Assembly (NCBI GenBank): GCA_963514005.1
Contig: OY740781.1
Coordinates: 170,438,001-170,502,000 of the forward strand
Source: Raja brachyura
Taxonomy: Eukaryota
Reading direction: 5' to 3'
Length of the DNA stretch: 64,000 nucleotides
Positions 12,482 through 24,699 of this stretch are shown here, in pieces; position 1 is the stretch's first letter, and every line of letters begins with the position of its first letter. The notes under the pieces are model-generated. The model did not search any database and was not told the DNA's origin. It worked only from the letters and a program-made list of their open reading frames with translations. The position numbers and the translations under genes were made by a program.

Positions 12482-12619
12482 CTTCTTCTTGCATATGGCG
12501 CGCACAGCCTAACGTTGTAGGACAACTTGTTCTATTTGATCTTATTTGATTGTGCACGCCAGGTTGATTGCATTAGTTGAAACAGGTGGACCACGTGAAG
12601 GTTGCAATCTTCCCACCCC
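12482..12619 (-). mobile_element. ~140-bp non-autonomous retroposon with HDV-like ribozyme head and (GAA)n tail, copy A
   Basis: Homologous to 55931-56068; TSD acagcc(t/c)tcttt at 12470-12481 and 12620-12631. Confidence 0.8.
12566..12619 (-). ncRNA. Predicted minimal HDV-like (CPEB3-type) ribozyme, copy A
   Basis: GGGGTGG gaa GATTGCA ACC TTCACGT GGT CCACCT G tttcaa CTAA TGCAATC = P1, P2, P3, L3, P3', P1', short linker, J4/2, P2'. Confidence 0.7.
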
Positions 12620-12875
12620 ACAGCCCTCTTTGACCAACCCAATTAATATTTCCTATCATCCATTACTCCATCCTATGTTGATCTGTCTGTCTTTCTGTTA
12701 GTCCCCTCCCTTGTTACCTGTGGTAAAGGTTTTTTAATTTCTCTGGTTCTGGCCAATTACATTTTGGGCAATGGTTGAGGAAAGAATAATAATCCGAGCA
12801 TTTAAGGGTGAATTTACAAATACCTTCTCTCAGGAATAAGCAGTAAATCTATGTGGTTGAAAAGCATATCCCTCG

Positions 12876-13008
12876 TTCTTCTTCTTCTTCTTTAGCCCTT
12901 TGCTCCTCTAGGGAGCATAGACCATTGACAAATGTCCTCCACCTCAATCGGTTGTTGGCAGTTTCGAGATCTCCCCAGTTGAGCCCACTCTCAGACATTT
13001 CTCCCTAG
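12876..13008 (-). mobile_element. RTE-clade LINE 3' end
   Basis: Minus strand translates to SGLNWGDLETANNRLRWRTFVNGLCS, the RTE C-terminal motif, followed by a (GAA)n tail. Confidence 0.8.
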
Positions 13009-13129
13009 TTGCTGGCAACAAATGCGCAATATATACCCATCAATGTTGCTGACACCCTCAGAAATGGTTTACCAAATTATTCTTATATTAATTCAAACAG
13101 AGAAAGAATGAAACCAAATGGACCACTTG

Positions 13130-13990
13130 CCATTGACTCTAGCGTCAAATATGGAGCCGGAAAAATTGCTCTCAAGCAACCAATATAACAAAGTCGTACT
13201 CACAAATGTTTGAGGACTGTTAACTGAATTGGATGCAGGGTTCAACGTGCCATCCAAGCATTGGAATTAATGGAAAACAGGCAGCTCAAATGTGGGCATC
13301 CAGAAGATGTGGTGGACCATCAGCAGAAAGAGTTTAACCACCTATCCTTGGCATTTACTGGTATTACCTTTGCTGGTTCATGCACCATCAACATTAAAGG
13401 CATCACCAATGACTAGAAACTGAACCGGGCCAGTCACATGAATAACAAGGCAACAAAAGTTGGTTAGAAATTGTGAATCCCATGGAGAATGATCAGCTCC
13501 AGACACCCATCAGCCTTTCCACCATTTATCAGGAGATTGTAATTGAATACTCTTCACACACTAGATCAGTGCAAATCCAATAACTTTTACAAGCACAACA
13601 TCATCCGGGATAAAGTGGTCCATTTGTTTTGTACTTCTTCCGCATCCTAAACATTCATTCGCTACACGAATGGTGCAAAGTGGTTCCAGTGCATGCATCT
13701 ACAAAACATCTTGATGTTATACGTCTCCCCAGCTTCCAACGCCTGATTTATATGCAGCCCGTGCATATGAACAAGCATTTGGGAGACCAGTGGGATGGAT
13801 TTCCTGGCTGCTGCGGGATTGCAGCATTTTCAGCTAGATGGTAATATATCACTATTTCTTCATCAATGTTGGATCTAAATCACAACAGTATTGCAGGAGT
13901 AGCTTCAGTAGTTAATAAAAATAACTTGCCAGCAACTTCTCAAAAATAATTAGTAAAGAGCAATAAATATTGGCCTTGTCAGTGATCCTC
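13130..13990 (+). mobile_element. Old CR1-group LINE 3' region, heavily decayed
   Basis: Remnants resembling LG.TID.KLNW.SH and 3' ggccttgtcagtga end; no intact ORF. Confidence 0.55.
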
Positions 13991-14069
13991 AGGTTTTTAA
14001 AAAAATGCAAAAATAAATAATCGCCGTGCATTATACTCCACTTCTGAAATTTTGTGCCATTGATGTCAA

Positions 14070-15155
14070 ATTAAATTATTCACTTATGGGTTGTGGATGT
14101 CATTGAAAAGGCCAGCGTTATTGTACACACCTAATTATCATGGACAAGTGTTGGTGATCAATCTCAGAGTTATACAGCAAAACCCCATTGAAGGGTTTGC
14201 GTCAATTCAAAGCATTCATGCCAACCAAATTGCTCAAATTAGCTAGTGCCACTTATCTACACTGGCCCGATATCCCTCCAAACCTCTCCGATCCATGTAC
14301 CTGTCCAAATGTTTTGTTAAATTTCATGATTGGATCCAGCTCTACCACGTCCCTTGGCTGCTAGTTCCATATACTGTCTGTACCACTGCCTGTGTGAATA
14401 AAATCACCCTTCAGATCCCTTTTGTTTTCCCCTCTTACCTTCAACCTACTCCCTGTAATTTTTGATCCCTCCCCCTTATTTACCTTAATCGTACCTTCTT
14501 ACATCTTTGCAGTCTGTTTAATGAAAATGCCACCAAAGTATCGGAAGGTAACAATCTGCGATGCTTTGAACCATCCACAATGAATAGACAGCTCTTCGTT
14601 TATTTGTCAGGATAAAACGTGACTTGGAGAAGAAATTGTGATATCGGATGGTGGCATTATGATGCCGCTGCAGTTCTTGTCCTGCCAGATGGTAATGGGT
14701 TTAGCTTCGTCTGTCCATTAATCTGGATAAGTTTAAGCACAGCAGATCCCTACCTGATGAGGAGTTGCAATACATTTTGTAGATGGTGGACTCTGCAATC
14801 ATGTCATCTGGGCAATCAACCATAGAGTACTGTTATTTAACAGAAGGGGATGCAGTGCCAGTTAACTTTAAAGCTTTCACCAAATTGGTATCATCTTATT
14901 TTACTGTTGTTTGAGCTGCACCCCAACATACAATTGACAAATATTCCATCACAATGCATCATTTCTAATGTGCACATTGTAGATAATAGAAATCTTGTAT
15001 ATAATGATTCGGTGAGCCATTAGCCTCAGGATTTAAACAGCTAACCCAGGGTTAATACCCAATGTGTCAATGTGGCTGCTCCCAGTTAAGATTCTGGTCC
15101 ATAATAGCCTCCAGGACATTGATAGTTGGGGATTCAATGGGAATAATGGGTTGGA
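14070..15155 (-). mobile_element. Old CR1-group LINE fragments (nested)
   Basis: Antisense CR1 3' segment (atccatgtacctgtccaaatg) at ~14170-14480 inside an older element like 13130-13990. Confidence 0.5.
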
Positions 15156-15161
15156 TTGATC

Positions 15162-15925
15162 TTCAAAGGTTTCAAAGTTTTCAAAGGTCTTTTATTGTCA
15201 CATGTACCAAATAAGATACAGTTATATGCACATTATCATCTAGCCATATGAAAAAAAAAGCAACAAGACACACAACTACATAAAAGTTAACATAAACATC
15301 CACCACGGCGGATTCCCACATTCCTCACTGTGATGGAAGGCAATAAATTCCAATAAAGTTCTTCCTCTTTATTCTCCATCGGTCGGGGCAGTCGGCCCAT
15401 CCGTCAGGGCGATCAAAGCTCCCGCAGCTGGCGGATGAAGCTCCCCCATCAAGGCGGCCAGAGCTCCTCCATCAGGGCGATCGTAGCTTCCGTGTCGGGG
15501 CGGCCGAAGCTCCTGTGGTTTGGAGTTCCCGAGGTCGGTCTCTGACCAGAGACCGCGAGCTCCGTGATGTTAAGTCTGCAAGCACCCACGGTTGGAGCTC
15601 CGAGGTCGATCCCTGGCAAAGGGATCACGGGCTCTGCGATGTTAGTCCCGTAGGCTCCCCGTGGTGGGGCTCTCAAAAGTTGGTCTCCAGCAAAGGACTC
15701 CAACTCCTCAGTGTTAGGCCGCAGTACGGACGCAGATACGATAAGGAAAATAATCTGTCGAGGTAAGAGATTAGAAAAAGTTTCCCCCAACACCCCCCCC
15801 CCTCCCCCACACACATAAAACAAGCTAAAGAACTCTAAAAACATATATTTGACACATACTATTAAAACACAAAGAAAGGACAGAGAGATTGTTGGTGAGG
15901 CAGCCATAGCTGGCGCCACCCGGTG
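15162..15925 (-). mobile_element. GC-rich non-autonomous element with Rex1-like 3' tail (family G1)
   Basis: Head ggtggcgccagctatggctgcc, T-rich then G-run segment, GC-rich body, hairpin at 15299-15337, catgtgacaataaa followed by (ctttgaaa)n tail. Confidence 0.7.
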
Positions 15926-15979
15926 GCATGCCTCTCATATTGTCTCTTTAAATTATAATAAAAAGATCTAAAAAATATA

Positions 15980-16360
15980 CGATGCGATACGATCTGATAA
16001 CAGTAAATAAAACACAAAATACATGAAACATGAAATTAAAGTGACGAGTGGAAAGGCTTGGGGGATATGCAAAGATATGGGGACGGGGGGGTGAGTCAGT
16101 CTACCCCATGACAGAAGGGGAGGAGTTGTAAGGTTTGAAAGCCACAGGGAAGAAGGATCTCCGTTCTGTCAGTGTTCTGTCCTGCATCTTGGTGGAACCA
16201 GTCTGTTGCTGAAGGTACTCCTCAGGTTGACCAGTGTGTCGTGGAGGGGGTGAGCTGTATTGTCCAGGATGCTCCGCAGTTTGAGGAGCATCCTCCCCAT
16301 CAAAACCATCAGTAAGTCAATCTCCGGCCCCAGAATGGAGCCAGCCTTCCCGATCACTTT
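15980..16360 (-). mobile_element. Rex1/Babar LINE 3' fragment
   Basis: ORF 16169..16393 KAGSILG...LRSILDNTAHPLHDTL...SNRLVPPRC. Confidence 0.8.
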
Positions 16361-16459
16361 GTTATTTATAATGACTATATTTAGATAAAACACATTACAT
16401 TGATGTTAATTAATTAAAATAGAAATATATAATGCCATTGAACCGAGTTACGATGAACC

Positions 16460-16675
16460 TAAGGACCCGAAATCTCACCAAAGGTTCCACCCTGAAACGT
16501 CACTGCAGTTCTGAAGATGGGTAACCGATCCAAAATGTCACCCAGTATGAAGAAGGTTTCCGACCCTGAAACTTCAGCTGTCCTTTTTCTCAAGAGATGA
16601 TGCATAACTCGTTGAGTCGCTGCAGCACTTTGTCTGTATCTTCGGTATTAACCAGCATTTGAAATTCCTTCCTAC
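16460..16675 (+). mobile_element. Penelope terminal repeat with ~4 tandem degenerate hammerhead-like units
   Basis: Repeated (c)tgaaga...ccc-gaaa(c)gtcac units ~35 nt apart, followed by the usual PLE tail. Confidence 0.6.
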
Positions 16676-16785
16676 TCATGAGGAACCTTTGCAGGTGTTT
16701 GATCTCCCTAAACAAGAGTTAATTAGAAACTGTTTTCAGGAGATTGCAAGAAACTGCAGATATAATAACAATGAACTAACAATGC

Positions 16786-16914
16786 GGAAGAAGAACTGCA
16801 GATGCTGGTTTAAATCGAAGGTAGACACAAAATGCTGGTGTAACTCACCGGGTGAGGCAACATTTCTGGAGAGAAGGAATGGGCGACGTTTCGGGTCGAA
16901 AACCTTCTTCAGGC
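16786..16914 (-). mobile_element. Penelope-derived insertion with hammerhead core, nested in an older PLE end
   Basis: Minus CTGAAGA-aggttttcgaccc-GAAAC-GTC at 16885-16912; TSD tgaactaac(a/g)atgc at 16772-16785 and 16915-16928. Confidence 0.8.
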
Positions 16915-17413
16915 TGAACTAACGATGCTGGTTTATCCCAAAAAAAGTTCAAACCGCTAGATTAGCAGATCGGGCAGCATCTTTGGAGGATGTAGTCCCA
17001 AACTGAAACCTATCCATGTCATCCAGAAATGCTGTCTGACCTGCTGATTTACTTCTGCACTTCGTGATTTTGTTTTTTAAGAGGAGAACAGGCCAAATCA
17101 AGGATTAAATGCCAGATTTATCAACCCGAGTGGCACATTATTAGTCGTTTTGTCATCATCTTTCTGTGGTTATCACTACAACACCCAGCATTTGGTGGCA
17201 TTCCTAATCAGCATTGAATAGTCAGTAGTGAGCTGACATATTGGTCAATTGCATGTGGTGAATGCATTCACAAAATGCTTTTTGGGGTAGACCGCTGCTC
17301 CAAATAATGAACACAAGAACACATAGAAATAGAAGCAGACGTAATCCACCAGGCCCCTTAATTCAGCCCCACGATTGAATATGGTCATGTCTGATCTATG
17401 CTGGTCTCAACTA

Positions 17414-17735
17414 TTGGGGGAGTCCAGAACCAGGGGTCACAGTTTAAGAATAAGGGGTAGGCCATTTAGGACTGAGATGAGAAAAAACATTTTCACCCAG
17501 AGAGTTGTGAAACTGTGGAATTCTCTGCCACAGAAGGCAGTGGAGGCCAATTCACTGGATGCTGTCAAGAGAGAGTTAGATAGAGCTCTTAGGCCAAACA
17601 GAATCAAGGGATATGGGTAAAAGGCCGGAACGGGGTACTGATTTTAGATGATCAGCCATGATCACATTCAATGACGGTGCTGGCCCGAAGGGCCAAATGG
17701 CCTACTCCTGCATCTATTGTCTATGTTTCCATGTA
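17414..17735 (+). mobile_element. CR1 (HER1-like) 3' end
   Basis: GESRTRGHSLRIRGRPFRTEMRKNIFTQRVVKLWNSLP. Confidence 0.92.
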
Positions 17736-18431
17736 ACTCCTCTTGAGTGCATGTTCCTCATCTCATAATTCCTCAATTTTTCAATTACTTATCCATCTCC
17801 ACCTTAAACATATGCAGTGATCTGGCCTACACTACACTGGGGGAAAGAGAATTACAGCAGTTCACTACTTTCTGAAAGAAGAAATGTCCATGTGCCTCAG
17901 TTTTAAATGACCAGCTCCTTTTTATGTAGTTGACGCCAACGTTGGTGAAAACATCTCAACATCTACCCTGTTGAGTATGATGGAATAAGGAATGGTGACA
18001 GTTTTCTGAGTCAGGATAGTTTGTGAATTGGAGGGAAACGTTCATTCATGTTCCCGAATATATGCTGCCATTGTTATTCTCAGTGGCAAAGCTTCAGGCT
18101 CAGAATGCATGGTTAAGTGTGTCTTGGTGAGTTACTGCACCATGTTTTGTACATGGTACACATTGGAGCCACTCTGTATTGTTGTAGAGAGAAGTGAAAG
18201 GTGGCGGGTGGGTGCATTGAAGGTTGAGCTCCCATCTTTCATAATGCCATATCATATTGCTGGTCTCTAAATTAGTGAAAGGATATGAAAAAATAATTTT
18301 TTGCTAACATTGCAAAACTGCTAGTTGAAAAGTACACACTTATGCCCATGTTTAAAGATTTCCTCCAACGTAACCAGAATGTGTTGAGAGTAATCATATT
18401 TCAGTTACTTGATCACATTCCAAAACTGTTA

Positions 18432-19210
18432 TGGGCCTGTCCCACTTAGATGACTGCAGGAGACTATGCAGTCGCCACATGGTCGCCACATGTTCGCGGG
18501 TGGATGCCAGGGAGTCGCCTTCATAGTCATGAGGAGTTCCCACATTCTGGGAACTAGTTGCGGCCTCATTATGATCGTCGTAAATTTTACAACATGCTGA
18601 AAAATTAGCGGCGACTAGAATGAAGCCGTCATGGAGAGTAGCGAGCATTCTTGAGCAGTAGGTGGGTCGGCAGGAGGTCCTAGTGGGTTGCCAGGAGGTT
18701 GAAGGTTCTCGGAGGTTCTCGTAGTATGGAGCTGGTGCTGACCGGTGAATTTCATTGACTCATTAGGAAATAAAAGGTAAGCAGTAGTTTTCAGAACCAA
18801 AGATAACCGACCGGTAATGTTAAATGTCCACCGAGCTTCACAGCCGTGTATCTCTGGCTTCTTAAAAGTTGTCTACACTCCTTCTCCCCCCCCCCCCTTG
18901 CCCCACCACTTGTAAAGGACCTACCGCACACACTGCTTTAGCCGTCCTTTTACAGCGCTAACCTTCCTGTTCATCGCGGCGTGCGTCTGTATCACATTGG
19001 CTTTGCACCGTGTGAATTTTTTATACAGGGCAAGCGGGGGGAGCGCTGTCAAAAAAATTCACACGATCTGGTGAAGGAAGCGATGTGTTTGTGTGTGTGT
19101 GTGTTCCACTCTGACAGTCGCCGTTTCGGTTCCCCGTTTTTCAGGCGACTGCCGGCAACTTGACAGTCACCGGCAGTCCGCTGAATAATCCCCTAAGTGG
19201 GACAGGCCCA
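18432..19210. mobile_element. PIF/Harbinger-type MITE
   Basis: 18-bp TIRs tgggcctgtcccacttag / ctaagtgggacaggccca; TTA TSD at 18429-18431 and 19211-19213. Confidence 0.88.
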
Positions 19211-21464
19211 TTAGTCAGTTTTTGTTCCCTTCAGACAAAATTCTTCTCACAATGCAATGGACGGCCAAATTCTTCAGGGAAGATAATTCCCGGTCTTTGT
19301 CTTCAGTTTTTCATGATCATTCTGCACAATAATATCTGCTTTGTAGGTTTGATCTCCATTCGCCACGAAACTGTGAATGGAATCATTTGGTATATTTCCA
19401 TTTTTATGCTTGTCTCAAACTGTTTTAAATGACTGGCCATATTAATTACTTTTGTGACTTTTCTGTGAAATTCTTTGACTTAAAATGTTCTCCTGTAGTC
19501 AGGTTTTCAACACATCTTATCCTGGCAGAAATGCAACTATTCCCCTAGCAAACCCCCCCCCCCCCCCCTCTCCACACACACACACAAACAAAACACATCA
19601 CACCTCCAATTAATGTCATCAATATACAGTATCTTAACTAGAGTGCTTATTACTATGAATGTTTGTATTAAGGTAAGTCCAAAAACAAATCAGTATCTCG
19701 CCAGCGTGTGAAACAGCCAGTTCCATTTTACAGGACTGAAAATACATCATCTGATCCTCGAATTACCAACCAAAAAGAAAATAGTGAATATATTGTTTTT
19801 TTTCATAATAACTGGTTTTAACCACCGACAAAGATCTTGTCCAGATTGCTTCTTTGAAACAGTTTGAAATCACGTCAGAAAAATCCAGCTCTATTACTAT
19901 TCGTGAATACTGTGGAATTGGCCACATGTAGTTTCAGTCCTGCAAGGTGGTTATTTATTTAGCACGATGAGACAACTCTTTTAAATGTTCCTTCTTTGGG
20001 AATATGCTGCTGAAAGAAAAGATCAATTTGTGCTGGATAACTTTTCAAAGAATCACAAAGGTCAATGTTACTGACAAGATTCTTTATGTTGGTAGTGTAT
20101 TTTGAACTCAGTTGTTAAAAAACCTCAGTGAAATCTAGAATATGTAGAGGCTCTACCTTTTCATTGTGTTTTTTTTTTCTGTGTTTATTATCTTTCTTCA
20201 GGGCTTCACATGTAATCCCTTATGTATTTTATCCACTGAAGTTTGAATGTATTTACCTTTCTTAAATCCACTTCAATTTAGACATGTCGAAGTACTCATT
20301 GTTCACAATGTAAATCAAAAGATGATCAATTTAAATTATTGGAGTATTGTTTCAACATAAGAAATATTTACATTAATAATTTGTTTTAATAATCCGTGTA
20401 GAGTTTGTGCACTCTCTTGCGAGCTTGTGGTATTTTTCTGAGTGCTCTCCCAAGATGTGTTGTTTGGCACTCTTAGTACATGTTGCCAGGGTTGTGGTAA
20501 AGGCAGATATGATAGTGGCAATTTAGAGGCTTTTAAATCCGCACATGCATATGCAGGGAACGGAGAGTTATGGATTATGTGCAGGTGGATGAAATTTGTT
20601 CGTCTTGGCATCATGTTCAGCACAGACATTGTGAGCCGAAGGACCTGTTCATGTGCTATGCTTTTCTTGGTTGTATGTTAACCTGTTCAGTGCCACCCCT
20701 GAGTATACTCAGGTCATGGCCAATAGTTTAAAAAAATGGTTATGAACAGGTTAATAGGTTTCTGTAAATTATTCCCAGTTTAAGTAAATAGAGGGGGATT
20801 TGGGAAGAATTGATGGGATTATGAGAGAGAATAGACAACTGGAAAGTGGAAATGATGAAACTGCTCTGAGAGCCGGACTGAATGGTCTCATATGTCATCA
20901 GGAATTATGAAACATTCTGAAAAATATAAATTTCATCAAAGATTAGTTTGGAATTCATTTTTGACAATAGCTGCTTAAATCAAATAACGGAATGATCTTC
21001 CAAAGAAGTGATGGCAGCTACACTTGGAATTTTACACATTCACTTCTGCAGTTGCTTCATATGTGAATAGCAAAATCCTGAATTTCTGCACAGATAAATG
21101 GTGGCAGCTTCCTGATTCCACACAACTGTGCAGTTCTTATTGAGTCTACCTGCAGAGTGTCCGTCTGTAGCTATCCTGCATTCATGCTGGGAGACTATCT
21201 GCTCTCCCTGTAGTGTGGGTAGATCTATGAGTTCATTCTCTCGAATGGAAAGGAATAACTGCAAATTAGATGAGTCACCAATTGTTTCTGACTGGTTTAA
21301 TTCTTTTTGTGTATTTTATAATTCGTTAAATGTTTTGTCTTTCTTTTTCAAAGAATGAACAATATGTATTGTTAATTGAATAGAATTAACACTTTTTGCA
21401 GGTTTGTGAATTCTCTTTGACAGCTAATAAGCTTGGGGTAGCACTTCACTGACTGTCAAAGCTT

Positions 21465-21790
21465 AGTTTAGTTTAGTTTATTCGCTTAATGTAGAGAAAC
21501 AGTGGTGAAACAGGCCACTTCGGCCCACCGAGTCCTCGCTGACCAGCGATGCCCGCACACTAACACAATCCTGCACACACTAGGCACAATTTTAAAATGT
21601 TACTAAGCCAATTGGCCTACAAACCTGCACGTCTTTGGAGTGTAGGAGGAAACCGGAGCTCCTAGCGAAAACCCACGTAGGCCACGGAGAGAACATACAA
21701 ACTATACAGGCAACACCAATAGTCAAGATCAAACCCAGGTCTCTGGATCTATAATGCAGCAACTCAACCATTGCGCCACTATGCAGCGGT
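21465..21790 (-). mobile_element. HE1-like V-SINE
   Basis: Antisense (tttag)n tail, V-core, gatcaaaccc B box, tgcgccac A box. Confidence 0.85.
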
Positions 21791-21814
21791 AAAGTTGTAA
21801 GCTTTTCTCCAGAA

Positions 21815-22025
21815 GGCAACACAAAGTGCTGAACAGGTCAGGCAGCATCTCGGGTTAGGCGATGTTTCAGGTTGGGAGCTGTCTTCAGAATGATTGTAGT
21901 GGAGGGGGGAAGAAAGCTGGAAGGGAGGAGCGCAGGACAAAGCACGGCAGGTAATAGACACAGATAAGGAGGGTTATTTGATAGTAGATAGTTGGACAAA
22001 GGCCAGAGATGAAAAGACAACATTC
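21815..22025 (-). mobile_element. Penelope terminal region, degenerate
   Basis: caggcagcatct...gatgtttcaggttgggagctgtcttcag pattern. Confidence 0.65.
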
Positions 22026-22220
22026 ACAATCATTGTGTTGCAATGGACTGGATCTAATTGAACAACTCAATTACCCAATATATAGGCCATGGACACATGG
22101 CCTTATCTAAGAATTAATCTTAGATAACTCGTTATTTTGCACAGAAATCATTGCTCTTCATAATGGTCTAAAAAGTGCATCTTTTCAGTGCATATTTATA
22201 AAAAGCAGTTAATTTGATAT

Positions 22221-22345
22221 GTGTAAGAAGGAATTCAAGATGCTGGTTTCACCAAAGATAGACCCAAAAAGCTGGAGTAACTCAGTCAGTCAGGCAGCAT
22301 CTCTGGAGAACATGGAATAGGTGATGTTTCAGGGTCGAGACTCAC
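22221..22345 (-). mobile_element. Penelope-derived short insertion
   Basis: PLE tail; 9-bp direct repeat atttgatat at 22212-22220 and 22346-22354. Confidence 0.7.
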
Positions 22346-22992
22346 ATTTGATATCACTTTAACGGGAATGTGCTGCGTCATCTGTGAACTACTTTAGGTG
22401 CATTGAAGATCAACGATCTCTCGCCTTCAATGGAACAAATTTTAGAAATGTTGCATCTAACACAAAAAACTGCAGTGGCAAAAGGCCTCAATGTGTACTA
22501 ACACCTATGACAGACTTTTCAAAGTGGCAAGAATAAAGAAGTAACATGCCATTGTTACTTTTCCTGTACCCTGTGAGCATTCCTGAATAAAATCATGTTA
22601 ATCATTAAATAGACAGAGTATAGTTTGTAATTTGTACTGATTTATTGTCAATTTGACAATTTAAATTACTAGTCTATTGAGCTAAGTAACCAAACAAGAT
22701 GAAATTAAAACTGTGCATTAAGGATCCAAGGTTAAATTAGATTGTTTTACTTTGCCTATTGGTGCAATAAAAATCTCCACTATATCAAGGAAATTATGAT
22801 TAATGTGTGACAACCCAAGAATCCAGAAAAAATAAGTCCTTGAGCAGAACATACAGAGGAGACCCCTGACACTTGATATCCATCACAAAAATAATGGTCT
22901 TCTCCTGTTCCTATTCCAATGGATATAAGAAAAAGGTTGGAACCATCCGATCCTTGCAGCTTGATGCACTATTCAGTTAGATCGTTAATGAT

Positions 22993-23481
22993 CACCAGAT
23001 TGATTCCTGGGATGTCAGGACTGTCTTATGAAGAAAGACTGGATAGACTTGGTTTATACTCTCTAGAATTTAGGAGATTGAGAGGGGATCTTATAGAAAC
23101 TTACAAAATTCTTAAGGGGTTGGACAGGCTAGATGCAGGAAGATTGTTCCCGATGTTGGGGAGGTCCAGGACAAGGGGTCACAGCTTAAGGATAAGGGGG
23201 AAATCCTTTAGGACCGAGATGAGAAGGACTTTTTTCACACACAGAGTGGTGGGTCTCTGGAACTCTCTGCCACAGAGGGTAGTTGAGGCCAGTTCATTGG
23301 CTATATTTAAGAGGGAGTTAGATGTGGCCCTTGTGGCTAAGGGGATCAGAGGGTATGGAGAGAAGGCAGGTACAGGATACTGAGTTGGATGATTAGCCAT
23401 GATCATATTGAATGGCGGTGCAGGCTCGAAGGGCCGAATGGCCTACTCCTGCACCTAATTTCTATGTTTCTATGTTTCTAT
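22993..23481 (+). mobile_element. CR1 (HER1-like) 3' end, young
   Basis: Uninterrupted TRLIPGMSGLSYEERLDRLGLYSLEFRRLRGDLIETYK...; (tttctatg)n tail. Confidence 0.95.
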
Positions 23482-23487
23482 CCACGC

Positions 23488-24045
23488 TTCAATGAATCAA
23501 TGGTTCTTTATTGGTTACATAGGCAACTGCACAGTTACATTTGGTATGCATATTTACACCTGCAGGTGCTGGCATTTTGGCACCATTTCCAAAGTCCAAG
23601 GTCCAGTTGGCTGACGTGCTCATTGCATTGGAGCAGTTCCTGTGAACCAACGTCCCTCTCCTCATCCGGTCATCTTTGTATCCTGAGGGCGCCTCCTGCA
23701 GCCAACCTTGTAGGTGCTGGAAGCATTACTCCGGTTCAAGTTGCCCCTCACCGCCGATGTCTCCAGCTCACTCCTACTTCCTCTGACCGACGAGCCTTCA
23801 GGCGGGCCTTGTGGTCAGCCAAGCCTTTGGCCGGGCCCTGCCGACTGACGAACCATCTAGCGGCTCTGCATTTGGACGTCCGATGAGCCTTCGGGTGCCC
23901 CCTGCTGCATTGCAAACCTTCAGGGGGGCCTTGCAGTTGGACAAGCCTTTGGGCGGGGTCCCACTGACCACCAAGACTTCTGGTCTTCCGGGCGGGTACC
24001 ACGGCTACAGCACCTCTGGGAGGCCTCCACCGCTTGGCTCTTCCA
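23488..24045 (-). mobile_element. GC-rich non-autonomous element with LINE-like tail (family G2)
   Basis: Minus tail ...atgtaaccaataaagaaccattgattcattga; internal ~120-bp-period repeat (ccttcagg.gggccttg...aagcctttgg). Confidence 0.5.
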
Positions 24046-24699
24046 TATCTTTAACATCCTTTGCTCAATATCCTTTAATACATTAGCTCAACAGACATCA
24101 AGAATATTGAGCATTATTCAGTGTCATTAGAAGTAGAATTCTAGCAGCTTTCATATGAAAAATCCTTCATGATTTCACCTCTGATGGATCCAGCTCCAAT
24201 TTTTAGATTATACGTCTAAGTATAAATTCTCTCAGGTTAGGAAATAGTTTATCAGCATACAAAGTACAGTGCTACTCTTTCATTTAAATTACTTACATTA
24301 TCTCTCTTTAATTTACCAAACTCACAGGAATAAGTAAATCATGATTTAACAATACTTAGCAATAGTGTCGGCATAACTTAATCTTTTAAACCTGTATAAT
24401 GGTGGTAGCTTCAAGCTGTGAATGAATAAAAAAACCCAGAAGTTTTATTTTTCACTGCATGCATGAATGGCAAACTATTTAATGGGAGCATTATATTTTT
24501 ATAAATCCTATTCAAAGGGTGCGTGGCACTAGGAGAAATTCAGATACTACCACCCTTGACGTCTTTCTTTATAACATCTTTCTTAACTCCTTATATTCAC
24601 GCCAAAGCACCTCATCCCTTTTTCTATCTATGTCCTTGGTGAAATGCAAGAATGTTATAAATTAATGGTTGTTCTTAGCTTGCGAAATGCAGATCTTAG

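Noticed and set aside
15449-15919. Long ORFs in GC-rich elements (also 23389-23886, 33193-33630, 53618-54037, 56138-56629)
   Set aside because: Overlapping ORFs on both strands, not conserved between family copies; a by-product of high GC content.
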